From contig CANPXS010000002.1 in the NCBI GenBank assembly GCA_947586625.1, positions 1-59,467 on the forward strand: DNA of 59,467 nt, read 5' to 3'. A program made the translations under genes and the position numbers. The notes below the pieces were generated by a model. It made no database searches, was not told where the DNA came from, and saw only the letters and a list, made by a program, of their open reading frames with translations. Every line of letters starts with the position of its first letter. The stretch's first letter is position 1. Below are positions 30,212-40,702 of the stretch, in pieces. This DNA comes from an uncultured Clostridia bacterium (GTDB lineage Bacteria; Bacillota; Clostridia; Oscillospirales; CAG-272).

Positions 30212-30238
30212 AGCACTTCGAGTGCTAATTCTTACGTG
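30212..30238. promoter_or_regulatory. CIRCE operator (HrcA binding site)
   Basis: TTAGCACTC-N9-GAGTGCTAA perfect inverted repeat upstream of groES. Confidence 0.9.
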
Positions 30239-30383
30239 TACTATTTTATATAAGTATGCGTAAAAAATCAACCCCTTTATCGCCGTCATTTTCTACATAA
30301 AATCGCAAAAGTTATGTTATATTTTGTATATTTTGAAAACGATATACTTTTCGCCTTCAGACCGTTTCACCTCTCCCCGATAC

Positions 30384-30412
30384 TTGACAAAATGCGCGCC
30401 GTACTGTATAAT
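30384..30412 (+). promoter_or_regulatory. Consensus promoter of the ABC-F leader
   Basis: TTGACA (30384-30389), 17-nt spacer, TATAAT (30407-30412). Confidence 0.65.
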
Positions 30413-30444
30413 AAACGCAGTCAAAAAAGGATAAGAGGCGGGAA

Positions 30445-30581
30445 GATGAGAAAGTAAGCGATTTGCAGCACAGCGCGAAAAGGCACACTGCGGTGCCGCC
30501 TTTTCCGCGCGCCGAAAATTCGGCATGCGATCGCTTACGGTACGCGCGCACGGCGCGTTTCTCATCACGCCTTTTTGTGTT
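30445..30581 (+). promoter_or_regulatory. Structured 5' leader with 3-codon uORF (candidate translational attenuator)
   Basis: AAGAGG, 7 nt, then ATG AGA AAG TAA (30446-30457). gatgagaaa (30445-30453) pairs with tttctcatc (30558-30566). gtaagcgat (30454-30462) pairs with atcgcttac (30530-30538). Internal hairpins ggcacactgcggtgcc and gccgaaaattcggc; T-runs at 30571-30581. Confidence 0.5.
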
Positions 30582-30638
30582 TACGATGTTTCCGTTTGCG
30601 CGCATGCATTAGATGTGTCAGAAAGGAAACTTTTTTAT

Positions 30639-32156
<1,518 letters not shown>

Positions 32157-32189
32157 ACGGCTCTGCGGCTCTGCAAATCCACCGCCGCA

Positions 32190-32230
32190 GTTTCACCACA
32201 CTTTTCGCTTCGCGAAAAGTGTGGTGAAAC
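32190..32230. repeat. Perfect 19-bp palindromic hairpin of the cacacttttcgc...gcgaaaagtgtg repeat family
   Basis: gtttcaccacacttttcgc-ttc-gcgaaaagtgtggtgaaac lies between the convergent ABC-F and amidase genes. The core recurs at 57631-57659, 27800-27829 and 54181-54200. Confidence 0.8.
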
Positions 32231-32244
32231 TATTGCCGCTTATC

Positions 32245-33147
32245 TCACCCCAACATCTTTCCCCACGTCGCCGCGCCGCAGCTCCCGTCGACGTCGAGAC
32301 CGCTCGCACGCTGATACGCCTTTATCGCCGCCTCGGTAGCGGCCCCGCACGAGCCGTCAACATCAAGTCCCGCGCCCGCGCGCATATTCAGCAGCGCCTG
32401 CACCGCGCGCACAGCGTCGCTCTTGACGCCGCGCTTCACTACCTCGACCGCCACGTTCACACGCTTCGCCTCTGCTGCATCCGGCACACTCGGCGCGGGA
32501 GCGCCGAGCAGCGCCACCACATCGTCACGCACCGTCTCCATCGACTTGCCGTAACGGTCGAACCATTCGTACACGTCGCTGTGATCGCTGCCGAGACCGA
32601 GCCTGTAACTGTCCTTGTGACACAGCACCGTCGGAACCGTCACGCCGTTATAGCTCACAGTCCCCTTCGGGTCGATGCCGTACATCCGGCACAGATACGC
32701 GGTCAGCTCGCACGCCTCATCGTACACACGCGCAAAATACTCTGGGTCGTTCATGTCGTCCTCACATATCTCGAACTGTATCCACCCGTTGTTGCACGAA
32801 CCCTTTTTGCCGCTGCCGCACCCCCACGGCTTGTAGTCCCACGGCATGACCTGCACCGATGCGACGCCGCCGTCCGCTAACTGCCCGATCCACGCATTCA
32901 TGCCCGCCTGCCGCTCCTTGTGGTTCCAGTCGTTGTTGTACCTGTTCTTCCCGAGCAGCGCGAGCAGACGCTCACGGTCCGGCGCGTCGTCGTCGGGCTG
33001 CACGTACCGCTTCAGCGTCGGATTATTCGCCCCCGTGCTGTGCCACAACACGCCGCGCACCGTCATCTTCTTCGTGCCGCGGTAGCATGTGCTCTGCGTC
33101 ATCATGCACAAAAGCGGCATATTCGATTCACTGTATTTCATCGTCAC
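32245..33147 (-). CDS. Phage-type N-acetylmuramoyl-L-alanine amidase with two C-terminal peptidoglycan-binding repeats (endolysin)
   Basis: 300 aa. GVLWHSTGANNPTLKRY amidase-type N-domain. C-terminal LDVDGSCGAATEAAIKAYQRASGLDVDGSCGAATWGKML fits the PG_binding_1 pattern. Confidence 0.8.
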   Translation of the reverse strand: MTMKYSESNMPLLCMMTQSTCYRGTKKMTVRGVLWHSTGANNPTLKRYVQPDDDAPDRERLLALLGKNRYNNDWNHKERQAGMNAWIGQLADGGVASVQVMPWDYKPWGCGSGKKGSCNNGWIQFEICEDDMNDPEYFARVYDEACELTAYLCRMYGIDPKGTVSYNGVTVPTVLCHKDSYRLGLGSDHSDVYEWFDRYGKSMETVRDDVVALLGAPAPSVPDAAEAKRVNVAVEVVKRGVKSDAVRAVQALLNMRAGAGLDVDGSCGAATEAAIKAYQRASGLDVDGSCGAATWGKMLG

Positions 33148-33556
33148 TTTTCTCCTTCTTGTTCAAAACATCTATTGCTTTCGTTATCGCCGACGGTATC
33201 GGCACGCCCATCAGCCCCGCATTCTCGATGATGCTTATCGTCTCATTCGCGATGAACGCCGTCACGACGCCGTCGCGGACAAAGTTGACACCGAGCACAA
33301 TGTCGAGACGCGCCGCGACGAGCACCACGAGCAGTATCGCACCCTTGCGGCAAAGTCCTTTCCATCCGGCACGGCTTTCGAGCGCGCCGTTTTCTGATTT
33401 CCTCGACTTGTGGAACACGCCCGCAACGACGAGCCCGGTCACATAGTCGACGGCCATGAATATGCACAGCGTCGCAACAGCCGCATCCCAGCCTCCGAGC
33501 AGCGCCGCGACAGCTCCGCCGAAAACTCCGATAACACTAAGTATTATATGCTTCAT
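33128..33556 (-). CDS. Phage holin (holin family 4-1 / toxin-secretion holin type)
   Basis: ATG 33556 with a GGAGAGG RBS. 142 aa, 3-4 TM. ...MAVDYVTGLVVAG...GWKGLCRKG...IANETISIIENAGLMGVPIP is typical of this holin family. Overlaps the amidase start by 20 nt. Confidence 0.8.
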   Translation of the reverse strand: MKHIILSVIGVFGGAVAALLGGWDAAVATLCIFMAVDYVTGLVVAGVFHKSRKSENGALESRAGWKGLCRKGAILLVVLVAARLDIVLGVNFVRDGVVTAFIANETISIIENAGLMGVPIPSAITKAIDVLNKKEKSDDEIQ

Positions 33557-33576
33557 CTTTATCCTCTCCTTTCGCC

Positions 33577-35385
33577 TCAAACACCTATCAAAAAGAACGG
33601 ACGAACCCCAAAAGAGCCGGTCGCACGGAGACGGCTCGCGTTGCCGTTCATATCCGCAAAGCAGAAATACATCGCAGAGCAAACGTCCTGTAACCAAATA
33701 TTATACCCGCGCACCGTTATAATGTCGGGGCGCATGCGGAAGATGGGGAGCTGCGTCTTAAACGTCGTATATATGTCCGGCACGGTCACACCGTCATTCG
33801 CGACCGACGCATAAATATTCGTGCCGTAGCACATGATCTCCGTCATAAGCTCAACAGAGCAAGCCTCCCAAACATAGCCGGACGGGTGTCCGTCGGTGAC
33901 GGCGTTCGTCAGCAGTGCCCTATACGTAAGCACATGCTCCGGGAACGCGGCGTTTATCGTCTCCTTCGCCTCGGCGAGATCCTGCGTCCTCATCTGTGAG
34001 AGCGCATAGCCGCCCTCGGTCGTGTCCGTGCCGTTCATCTGAGCATTGTAGAGACACTTCTCGGGAATTATGATCGCATGATGCTTTGTCAGTGCCACAT
34101 CTCCGGTATTATATAGATAGTCAAATCCCGCGATAAGCCAGTTTACGCCGTTTATCGTCCAAAAGTCGCCGACATACATATCGTCGAACGTGCCCGACGA
34201 TATCGCCGCATACTGCGCATCCGTCACCGATATGCCGAGATACTTTCCGCGATATATGCTGTTGTGAAATCCCGCGCCGCTCCATGATGTAACAATATCC
34301 TCCGGCGCCGGCGTCCAAATGGGATTAGCGACAGCACCACGCTCCATTTTTATTTTTGTAATAGTGCTCGCAGCAGGAGTACTCTGCTCTAAAGCGTATA
34401 TGCGGAGCAGGTTCCTGATAATTCCGCCGCCTGTCTTCCATGCATTGATCTTGCCGGTAACCTTGTATACCCCGTCTGCAATCAGTTCCAGTGTACCGAG
34501 AGGGTCACTGTCAGATGAGATAAACGCCGAAAACCACTTTTTACCCTCTCCGAGCTTGCCCCATATCGTTACCGTGTACGTTTCGCCAAGCTGTATTTCT
34601 TCCGTCAGCGCATATATATGCGTCATATAATTTGCGTTCGTATACTCCACGCCGCTGCCGAGCACAAGATTCACTCCCTGCGTGTCGCCCGCCGCTATCG
34701 CCTCCGTCACCGCACGCTGCGACATAACGACGTCGCTGCCCTCGCCGACCTCCTGCACGACCGCGGACTTGTCTAACTTCGAGTCCGCAACGGCTCGCGC
34801 CACCTCCGCCGCACTGTTCGCGTACGATGCCGCCTCATTCGCCGATGCCGCCGCATCGTTGGCAGTTCCGACTGCCGACAGCGCCGCACCTGCCGCTTCA
34901 TTCGCCGCCGATGCCGCATTGTTCGCGGCGCTCGCAGCCGCACCGGCCGCACCCGCCGCCTCGCGGCACTCGACGACGAGCTCCGCGAGCACGTCGACTC
35001 TTTCGTCGTTCTCGATGTCGCCGTCCGTCACCTCGGCGGGCTCGACGTCGACGAAGAACGTCGTCGAGGTGAGCCTTTCGCCGTCACCACCGAGCACGGA
35101 AATGCTGCACTTGAGGACCCCCGCACATTCGAGCATCCACTTCGTAAGCGGCGCCGTGACCGTGCCGTCGCCGTTTACGGTGCAGAAGAACGACTTCGAC
35201 GCCCCGTCGGGACGCGACGCGTTTATGACCGCCTCCGCATCCTGCGCCACCGTTATCTTCGTGCCGCCCGAGCACACCGTCACGCGCAAAAACCTCGACT
35301 TCGCGTCGCCTTGCTTCGCGACCACCGCCTCCCCCGCGCGCTTCTTCTGTACGTCTATGTTTATATTTTTTATTGCTTCTGTCAT
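33577..35385 (-). CDS. Phage tail fibre / baseplate-upper-protein (BppU-like) receptor-binding protein
   Basis: ATG 35385 with a GGAGGG RBS. N-terminal BppU-like domain (AKQGDAKSRFLRVTV...), Ala-rich coiled segment (AAGAAGAAASAANNAASAANEAAGA...) and a C-terminal globular domain ending ...GSFGVRPFFLIGV. Confidence 0.7.
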   Translation of the reverse strand: MTEAIKNINIDVQKKRAGEAVVAKQGDAKSRFLRVTVCSGGTKITVAQDAEAVINASRPDGASKSFFCTVNGDGTVTAPLTKWMLECAGVLKCSISVLGGDGERLTSTTFFVDVEPAEVTDGDIENDERVDVLAELVVECREAAGAAGAAASAANNAASAANEAAGAALSAVGTANDAAASANEAASYANSAAEVARAVADSKLDKSAVVQEVGEGSDVVMSQRAVTEAIAAGDTQGVNLVLGSGVEYTNANYMTHIYALTEEIQLGETYTVTIWGKLGEGKKWFSAFISSDSDPLGTLELIADGVYKVTGKINAWKTGGGIIRNLLRIYALEQSTPAASTITKIKMERGAVANPIWTPAPEDIVTSWSGAGFHNSIYRGKYLGISVTDAQYAAISSGTFDDMYVGDFWTINGVNWLIAGFDYLYNTGDVALTKHHAIIIPEKCLYNAQMNGTDTTEGGYALSQMRTQDLAEAKETINAAFPEHVLTYRALLTNAVTDGHPSGYVWEACSVELMTEIMCYGTNIYASVANDGVTVPDIYTTFKTQLPIFRMRPDIITVRGYNIWLQDVCSAMYFCFADMNGNASRLRATGSFGVRPFFLIGV

Positions 35386-35505
35386 TTTCCCTCCATGTTT
35401 TATTTGTAAAATTTCTATCGTTTCGACTCCCCGCACGTCGAAACACTTATATTCATTCATTTTCATAGTATAATAGGCGTGTAGATCTTTCTCCTACACG
35501 CCTAT

Positions 35506-35551
35506 ATTATACCACAAATTTTGTGAATTGTCAAGTACTTTTCACAAATTT
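35506..35551 (-). promoter_or_regulatory. Consensus promoter of the fibre-holin-endolysin unit with conserved upstream block
   Basis: Minus strand reads aaatttgtgaaaagtac-TTGACA-attcacaaaatttgtgg-TATAAT. The spacer contains the palindrome cacaaaatttgtg. A 10-bp-stem hairpin (35475-35503) starts within a few nt of the predicted TSS. Confidence 0.65.
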
Positions 35552-35680
35552 ACGATTTTTTCATATTTTTTCTGTAACATTATGTGATATCGCTATTATA
35601 CATTATTACAAAAAAATGCTTGACAAGATCGACCGCCAACCTGCTCCGACGCTTTATTACTATAAATGAGTCCATACGAC

Positions 35681-35720
35681 AAAACCGAGCCGACGGACAC
35701 AGTCCGCCGACTCGGCTCGA
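35681..35720 (-). terminator. Ferritin terminator
   Basis: Minus strand reads cgagccgagtcggcggactgtgtccgtcggctcgg followed by TTTTG, about 30 nt after the ferritin stop. Confidence 0.6.
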
Positions 35721-35748
35721 TTTGTTTAATTTTTCACTGCCGCTGCAA

Positions 35749-36267
35749 TTACATCGCGGGACCGGTCGCGGACGGCGCGTAAACTCTCGCTGCAAGCTCC
35801 TGATTCAGCGCGTAGAGTCCCTTCGCATCGTTGCCGAACAGCTTCATCTTCTTGACCATGTCGTCGGCGTTCGTCTCTTCTTCACCCTGCTCCTTGACGA
35901 ACCAGTCGAGGAACTGCATCGTTCTGTAATCCTTCTGCTCAAACGCCTCGTGATAGATGTCGGTGATGAGCGAGGTCACGTACTGCTCGTGCTCATAGCC
36001 CGCTTCGAGCGGGTCGAGATGCGTTTTGAACACCTTGTCGGGCTTGTCGATAGCGTTGAATTCGACTCTAACGCCGTTGTTTATGAGATAGCGGCGGATC
36101 ATGAGCGCGTGGTCGCGCTCCTCCTGCGCCTGCACCTCGTACCAATGAGCGAATCCGTCGAGCCCCTCGTCGGCGTAGTAGTTGGCGAAATCAAGATAAA
36201 GATAAGCGGAGTAGAGCTCCTTGCCTATCTGGTCGTTGAGCATGTCGGAAATTTTTTTGTTAAGCAT
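35749..36267 (-). CDS. Ferritin (non-haem, bacterial)
   Basis: ATG 36267 with an AAGAGG RBS. 172 aa. MLNDQIGKELYSAYLYLDFANYY...QAQEERDHA...EHEQYVT ferroxidase-centre pattern. Confidence 0.88.
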   Translation of the reverse strand: MLNKKISDMLNDQIGKELYSAYLYLDFANYYADEGLDGFAHWYEVQAQEERDHALMIRRYLINNGVRVEFNAIDKPDKVFKTHLDPLEAGYEHEQYVTSLITDIYHEAFEQKDYRTMQFLDWFVKEQGEEETNADDMVKKMKLFGNDAKGLYALNQELAARVYAPSATGPAM

Positions 36268-36505
36268 ATTATTACCTCTTTTCCTTGCCGACATTATAAC
36301 TCCGTGAAAAAGAAAAATCAATAGCTTTCGGTAATATTTTGCCGACGAATTCCTCGCCTTTGACCGCGTGGACGGCCGGGTATGGTTCGACGCGGTACGA
36401 AACACCGAACGCTGTGCCGCCTGCGTCGAACGCATGAGGAAAGCGTGTTTTATACAAATGGCGAAAATAAGCGCGTAATTTTACACAAACGCATAATATA
36501 TTCTG

Positions 36506-38065
36506 TCATCCCTGCCGAGCCTTGACCACACACATCGCGGGCTTGCCGGACGTGGGCGCGAGTCTGCCGCGCCTGCACAGCTCGGCGACTGTCAGATCGA
36601 TGCAGTCAAAGCCGCCGTTGAGCGCGAACACGTACTCGGCTGTCTTTTTTATATGCTCGGGCGCATAGTCGACGGCGGCGGCGACCGTCTTCTCGTATAG
36701 CTCCGTCATCGCACGAACGCAGTCGGCGAGCATGACGCGTATGCGGTCGTATTCATCGTTCGTGTATACAGCGAACGACGGTCCGCCGTCCTTTACGTAG
36801 CCGTGCTCCGTCATGTATTCGCGCCACCTCTGCGGCAGCGCTCGGAATCCGCCGCATGCGACAGCAACTGCGGGATCGAGCTCAATTCCCATATAGTTCT
36901 GGACTTCCGAAAGCTGCGCGAAATTCATCGCAATGACGCTGCCTCTGCCGTCCGTCGAAATCGAGCCGTTGTAGATGCCGTGTATGGAGTTGCCGATGGC
37001 ATCTTCGTCCCCGTCGCTGCTGCGTCCCCAAACGACGCCGTGACCGCCCCCACCGTTGACGAGCGAGTATGCGCCGCCGCTCGGGAGCTCTGCCATATTC
37101 CTGTCGCATTCGAGCAGCGTGAAGTGCATCGTAAACAGTATCTTCTGCCAGCGCGCGGTGTTTTCGTCCGCGAACCTGTCCACAAACGCGCGTTCAAACT
37201 CGTCTGACGCGTTCATTATGCGCTCTGCCGTTTCTTTGACCGTGCTCTCTATGCTTTCGATCACGGCGCGTCTGCAGTCGGAGGTGATAATGGGGATATT
37301 CGTGCGGTACTTGCCGTCCTTCGTTTCGATCAAATACTTCCTTTCGAGCAGCACCGCGATCTCGTCCTCGAGATACGGCATCGATACGCCGAGTTCGAGA
37401 CTTATCTCCTGCGCCGTCACCGCCGACCAGTACGCGGCAAGAAGTATGTTGCCCTTGATCTTGCGGCGCCGGAACTCGCGGTATTCGTTGTCGTCGCCCG
37501 CACGGTCGCCCCAGAAGTCGATCTCGAATCTGTGCGGACGGTAGCTTTTTTCCCCGTAAAGTCTTTCCATGTCCATTCCCTCTCTTAAAATGTTCCTCGC
37601 ACGGAAAAGGCAGTATTTCACCATGTCGGAGCTCATACCGAGACGCTTTGCGATCTCGGCGCACGTTTTGCCGTCCATGTAGTGCATAACGACGACCTCG
37701 CGGTAGCGGCGCGACAGAAGCGACAGCTCGCGGCGAAGCGCCGCGATGCTCTCGCGCTTTATCATTCCGTCGAGCGCGGACACCTCGCCGTTCGCATGAT
37801 CTTCGGCGTCGTCGAGCGAGGCGACTCTTTTACGCTGCCGCGTCTTTTTGCGGATATAGTCCGCGTAAACGTGCTCCGCCGTCGACCACATGTAGGCGTA
37901 GAACTTGTCCGGGTCCTCGAGCTTGTCCGCCGAGCGGACGAGCTGATACAGTATGTCGCTCGTCAGCTCCTCGGCTTCGTTTACGTCTTGCAGACGCGTA
38001 AGTGAAAAACCGAACACGGTCTTCATGTTCTCTGTCAGAAGCTCCGTTATTCGTTCGCTCTCCAT
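36506..38065 (-). CDS. ECF-like sigma-70 family factor fused to a roughly 330-aa soluble C-terminal extension
   Basis: 519 aa. Region 2-like AEELTSDILYQLV and region 4 HTH CAEIAKRLGMSSDMVKYCLFRARNIL within the first ~185 aa. The remainder has no TM segment and includes a second wHTH-like stretch (VTAQEISLELGVSMPYLEDEIAVLLERKYL). Confidence 0.7.
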   Translation of the reverse strand: MESERITELLTENMKTVFGFSLTRLQDVNEAEELTSDILYQLVRSADKLEDPDKFYAYMWSTAEHVYADYIRKKTRQRKRVASLDDAEDHANGEVSALDGMIKRESIAALRRELSLLSRRYREVVVMHYMDGKTCAEIAKRLGMSSDMVKYCLFRARNILREGMDMERLYGEKSYRPHRFEIDFWGDRAGDDNEYREFRRRKIKGNILLAAYWSAVTAQEISLELGVSMPYLEDEIAVLLERKYLIETKDGKYRTNIPIITSDCRRAVIESIESTVKETAERIMNASDEFERAFVDRFADENTARWQKILFTMHFTLLECDRNMAELPSGGAYSLVNGGGGHGVVWGRSSDGDEDAIGNSIHGIYNGSISTDGRGSVIAMNFAQLSEVQNYMGIELDPAVAVACGGFRALPQRWREYMTEHGYVKDGGPSFAVYTNDEYDRIRVMLADCVRAMTELYEKTVAAAVDYAPEHIKKTAEYVFALNGGFDCIDLTVAELCRRGRLAPTSGKPAMCVVKARQG

Positions 38066-38161
38066 GTGATGCTCCTTTTTCCGTCTTGTTTGTTTCGGGC
38101 GCCCTCACTTATACAGTCGACGAAGCCGGGGAACGGTTAGGGGGAAAATGAAAAATTTTCG

Positions 38162-39043
38162 CTAAAATCTCACGTATATATACAGCCTGCCGTCCGAGAA
38201 CCCGGCGTCCACCGTCCCGCCCATCCGCTCGGCGAGCGAACGCGCTATCGACAGTCCGAGACCCGTCGAGCCGCGCGCCGCTTCGACGGTGTAGAACCTG
38301 TCGAACAGCCTCCCGACCTGCACTTCGTCGAGTTTGGGCGCGCTGTTGGAGAAAACGGCGTCGCCGGACGGCGACATCTCGATACACAGGTCGCCGCCGC
38401 TGTATTTTACCGCGTTTCCGATGAGATTTGAATATATGCGCGACAGCGCCGCCCTGTCGGCAGAGACGTACGCCTTCGACTCCGGCAGCTTTATGACGGG
38501 CTCGATGCCGCGCTCCTTCAGCTTCGTGTAAAACGACGCCGCACATTCTGTCAGCACGTCGTCTGCGGCGACGCGTTCGAGCTGCAGCGGCTCGCGCTCC
38601 GACATGACGACAGAGTAACGGAAAAGCTCCTCCGTCAGCTGCTTCATGTAATCGGCGCGCTCGGCGATTATGTCCGCGTACCGCTCCGCGTCCTCCGACA
38701 GCGGCTCCGCGCGCAAAAGCTCCACGTACCCGCATATAGACGTCAGCGGCGTACGTATGTCGTGCGACACGTTCGTTATCGCGTCCTTCAGTTCCGCGTC
38801 GCCCTGCGTGTACCTTTGGCGCTGACGGCGCAGCTCCCGAAGCTGTACGTTCACCGACGCGGCGAGCGCGCGCATGTGGCGGTCGCGGCTCGAAATGTCA
38901 ACAAGCGTGTTCGTATCGGTCACAAGTCTGTCCGAAAACGACTCCGCGATCTCGTCCGCGGACCGCTGCATGAGGCGGAGCTTTATCACCAAAATGACGA
39001 CAGCGGCGAGCGCGCATATCGTGACGATCGGCTGGTACGACAT
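38162..39043 (-). CDS. Sensor histidine kinase with minimal sensing region (single N-terminal TM)
   Basis: 293 aa. H-box SHDIRTPLTSICGY and ATPase G-box GLGLSIA. Only one TM and no extracytoplasmic domain. Confidence 0.85.
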   Translation of the reverse strand: MSYQPIVTICALAAVVILVIKLRLMQRSADEIAESFSDRLVTDTNTLVDISSRDRHMRALAASVNVQLRELRRQRQRYTQGDAELKDAITNVSHDIRTPLTSICGYVELLRAEPLSEDAERYADIIAERADYMKQLTEELFRYSVVMSEREPLQLERVAADDVLTECAASFYTKLKERGIEPVIKLPESKAYVSADRAALSRIYSNLIGNAVKYSGGDLCIEMSPSGDAVFSNSAPKLDEVQVGRLFDRFYTVEAARGSTGLGLSIARSLAERMGGTVDAGFSDGRLYIYVRF

Positions 39044-39047
39044 ATTT

Positions 39048-39860
39048 TTACCTCAGATCTTTCTTTTCAAATACCATAACGCCGACAATCGCGGCTATCA
39101 AAAATATCCCCGCGCTGTACGCCATCATGAGCACGGGACGCTGTGCCGTCACAAGCGCGTAGTGACCGCTTTGACCGCCCGGGGACGCGTCGTCGAGGAA
39201 CTCCAAAACGTCGCGCACGGGTCCGGGCGCGATGTAATCGGGATTGTCAAATACGTTCACGTCGGGCTCGCCGCTCGACGTTATGCCGTATCCGTACGAC
39301 TTCGGTCCTTCGGCGAGCTTATCGTTGATGTAGCTACCCGAAACGATGAGCATGAACGCGATCAATATCACGGCGACCGACGAGACCGTGCGGTTCGGCA
39401 GCAGCATCATGACGAGCGTGTGTATCGACGCGTAGGCGAGCGACATGACGATCACGCCGAAAACGAGCATCGCGGCGTCGACACCTCTCGTCCGCAGTCC
39501 GCCGCAGAGCGGCACGCCGAGCGCTACCCCCACAAAGACGCCGACAGCGCACATAAAAACGGCGGCGAGCGAGGACACGCACAGATTCGATATATACACG
39601 TCGCGGCGGCGGCACCCGGTGATTATTTTGTTTCTCATCGTGCCGTCGCCGTATTCGGGGCCGATCAAAAACGCGGTCACTACGGCGGACAAAAGTCCCG
39701 CGGGAAATGCGAAGTAGAAAAACACACTGTCGAGCGCCCTTCCATCATATCGGCAGTTGATGATCTCCCCCGCCTCAAAAGCAGCCATGACGATGCATGC
39801 GAGCCAAAATATTTTGCACCGCAAAAGGCGCGACAGCCCCGCCGATAAAAGTCTGCTCAT
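39048..39860 (-). CDS. ABC-2 type permease (lantibiotic-immunity LanE/G-like), paralogue 3
   Basis: 270 aa, 6 TM. Shares GPEYGDGTMRNKI..G..RRDVYISNLCV with the two upstream paralogues. Confidence 0.75.
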   Translation of the reverse strand: MSRLLSAGLSRLLRCKIFWLACIVMAAFEAGEIINCRYDGRALDSVFFYFAFPAGLLSAVVTAFLIGPEYGDGTMRNKIITGCRRRDVYISNLCVSSLAAVFMCAVGVFVGVALGVPLCGGLRTRGVDAAMLVFGVIVMSLAYASIHTLVMMLLPNRTVSSVAVILIAFMLIVSGSYINDKLAEGPKSYGYGITSSGEPDVNVFDNPDYIAPGPVRDVLEFLDDASPGGQSGHYALVTAQRPVLMMAYSAGIFLIAAIVGVMVFEKKDLR

Positions 39861-39864
39861 CTCC

Positions 39865-40698
39865 TCACCTCAAGTCTTTCTTTTCAAATACTGCGACGCC
39901 GACCGCCGTGACTACCATGAACAGCGCGGCGCTGTACAATATCATCAATGCGGGATGCGGCACCGATTCATTGACGAGGCTCACGAGCTGCCCGCCCGGC
40001 AGCGCCGCATCGACAAATTCGAGCGCAGAGCGAAGCGTTCCCGGCGCGATATAATTCCGATTCGGGATAGGCTGGGGTTCTATGACCTCGCCGTTGACGA
40101 CCATTACGTAAGCGTTCGTCATCTCGGGCGCGGAAAGCCGGTTGTGAATGTAAAAACCGACGGCGAATATCAAGATCGCGGCGACTATGACCGCCACGGA
40201 CGATACGGTCGAATTCCAGATCAGCATCATGATAACGGTCGATATCGCGGCGACGGAGACGGATATGAAAAACGCGCACGATATCATCACGGCAGCCTTC
40301 GCCGCGCCCGTTTCGAATCCGCCGAGGAGCGGCAGTCCGAACGCAAGTCCCGCGATAACGCCCGACGCGCATATCATGACGGCGGCGAGCGCGGACAGGC
40401 AGAGATTCGATATATACACGTCGCGGCGGCGCGCGCCCGTCGCGAGCTTGCCGCGTATCGCGCCGTCGTGATGCTCGGGACCGATGAAGAACGCTGCTGC
40501 GACCGGGACGAGGAACATGACGCCGAGCATGAACATGAAGAAAATGCTGTCGAGCGACGGAATAATCCCGATGTCTTTTGCGGAGATGTAATTTTCTACT
40601 ATTGCCACAGCCTCGAACAGAAACGTCGCGGCGCACGATATCCACAGCGACTTCCGCGTCAAAAGACGCACGATGCCGGCATGTAAAAGTTTATTCAT
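39865..40698 (-). CDS. ABC-2 type permease, paralogue 2
   Basis: 277 aa, 6 TM. GPEHHDGAIRGKLATGARRRDVYISNLCL block. C-terminus ...VFEKKDLR is identical in style to paralogue 3. Confidence 0.75.
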   Translation of the reverse strand: MNKLLHAGIVRLLTRKSLWISCAATFLFEAVAIVENYISAKDIGIIPSLDSIFFMFMLGVMFLVPVAAAFFIGPEHHDGAIRGKLATGARRRDVYISNLCLSALAAVMICASGVIAGLAFGLPLLGGFETGAAKAAVMISCAFFISVSVAAISTVIMMLIWNSTVSSVAVIVAAILIFAVGFYIHNRLSAPEMTNAYVMVVNGEVIEPQPIPNRNYIAPGTLRSALEFVDAALPGGQLVSLVNESVPHPALMILYSAALFMVVTAVGVAVFEKKDLR

Positions 40699-40702
40699 AT
40701 TC

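Noticed and set aside
35386-35466. 27-codon N-terminal extension of the fibre gene (MKMNEYKCFD...)
   Set aside because: There is no Shine-Dalgarno before ATG 35466, whereas GGAGGG precedes ATG 35385. The BppU-like domain starts after the second ATG.
32245-35551. Intact prophage
   Set aside because: Only the fibre, holin and endolysin genes are present. No integrase, terminase, capsid, portal, tail tube or repressor genes lie on either side, so it is reported as an orphan module instead.
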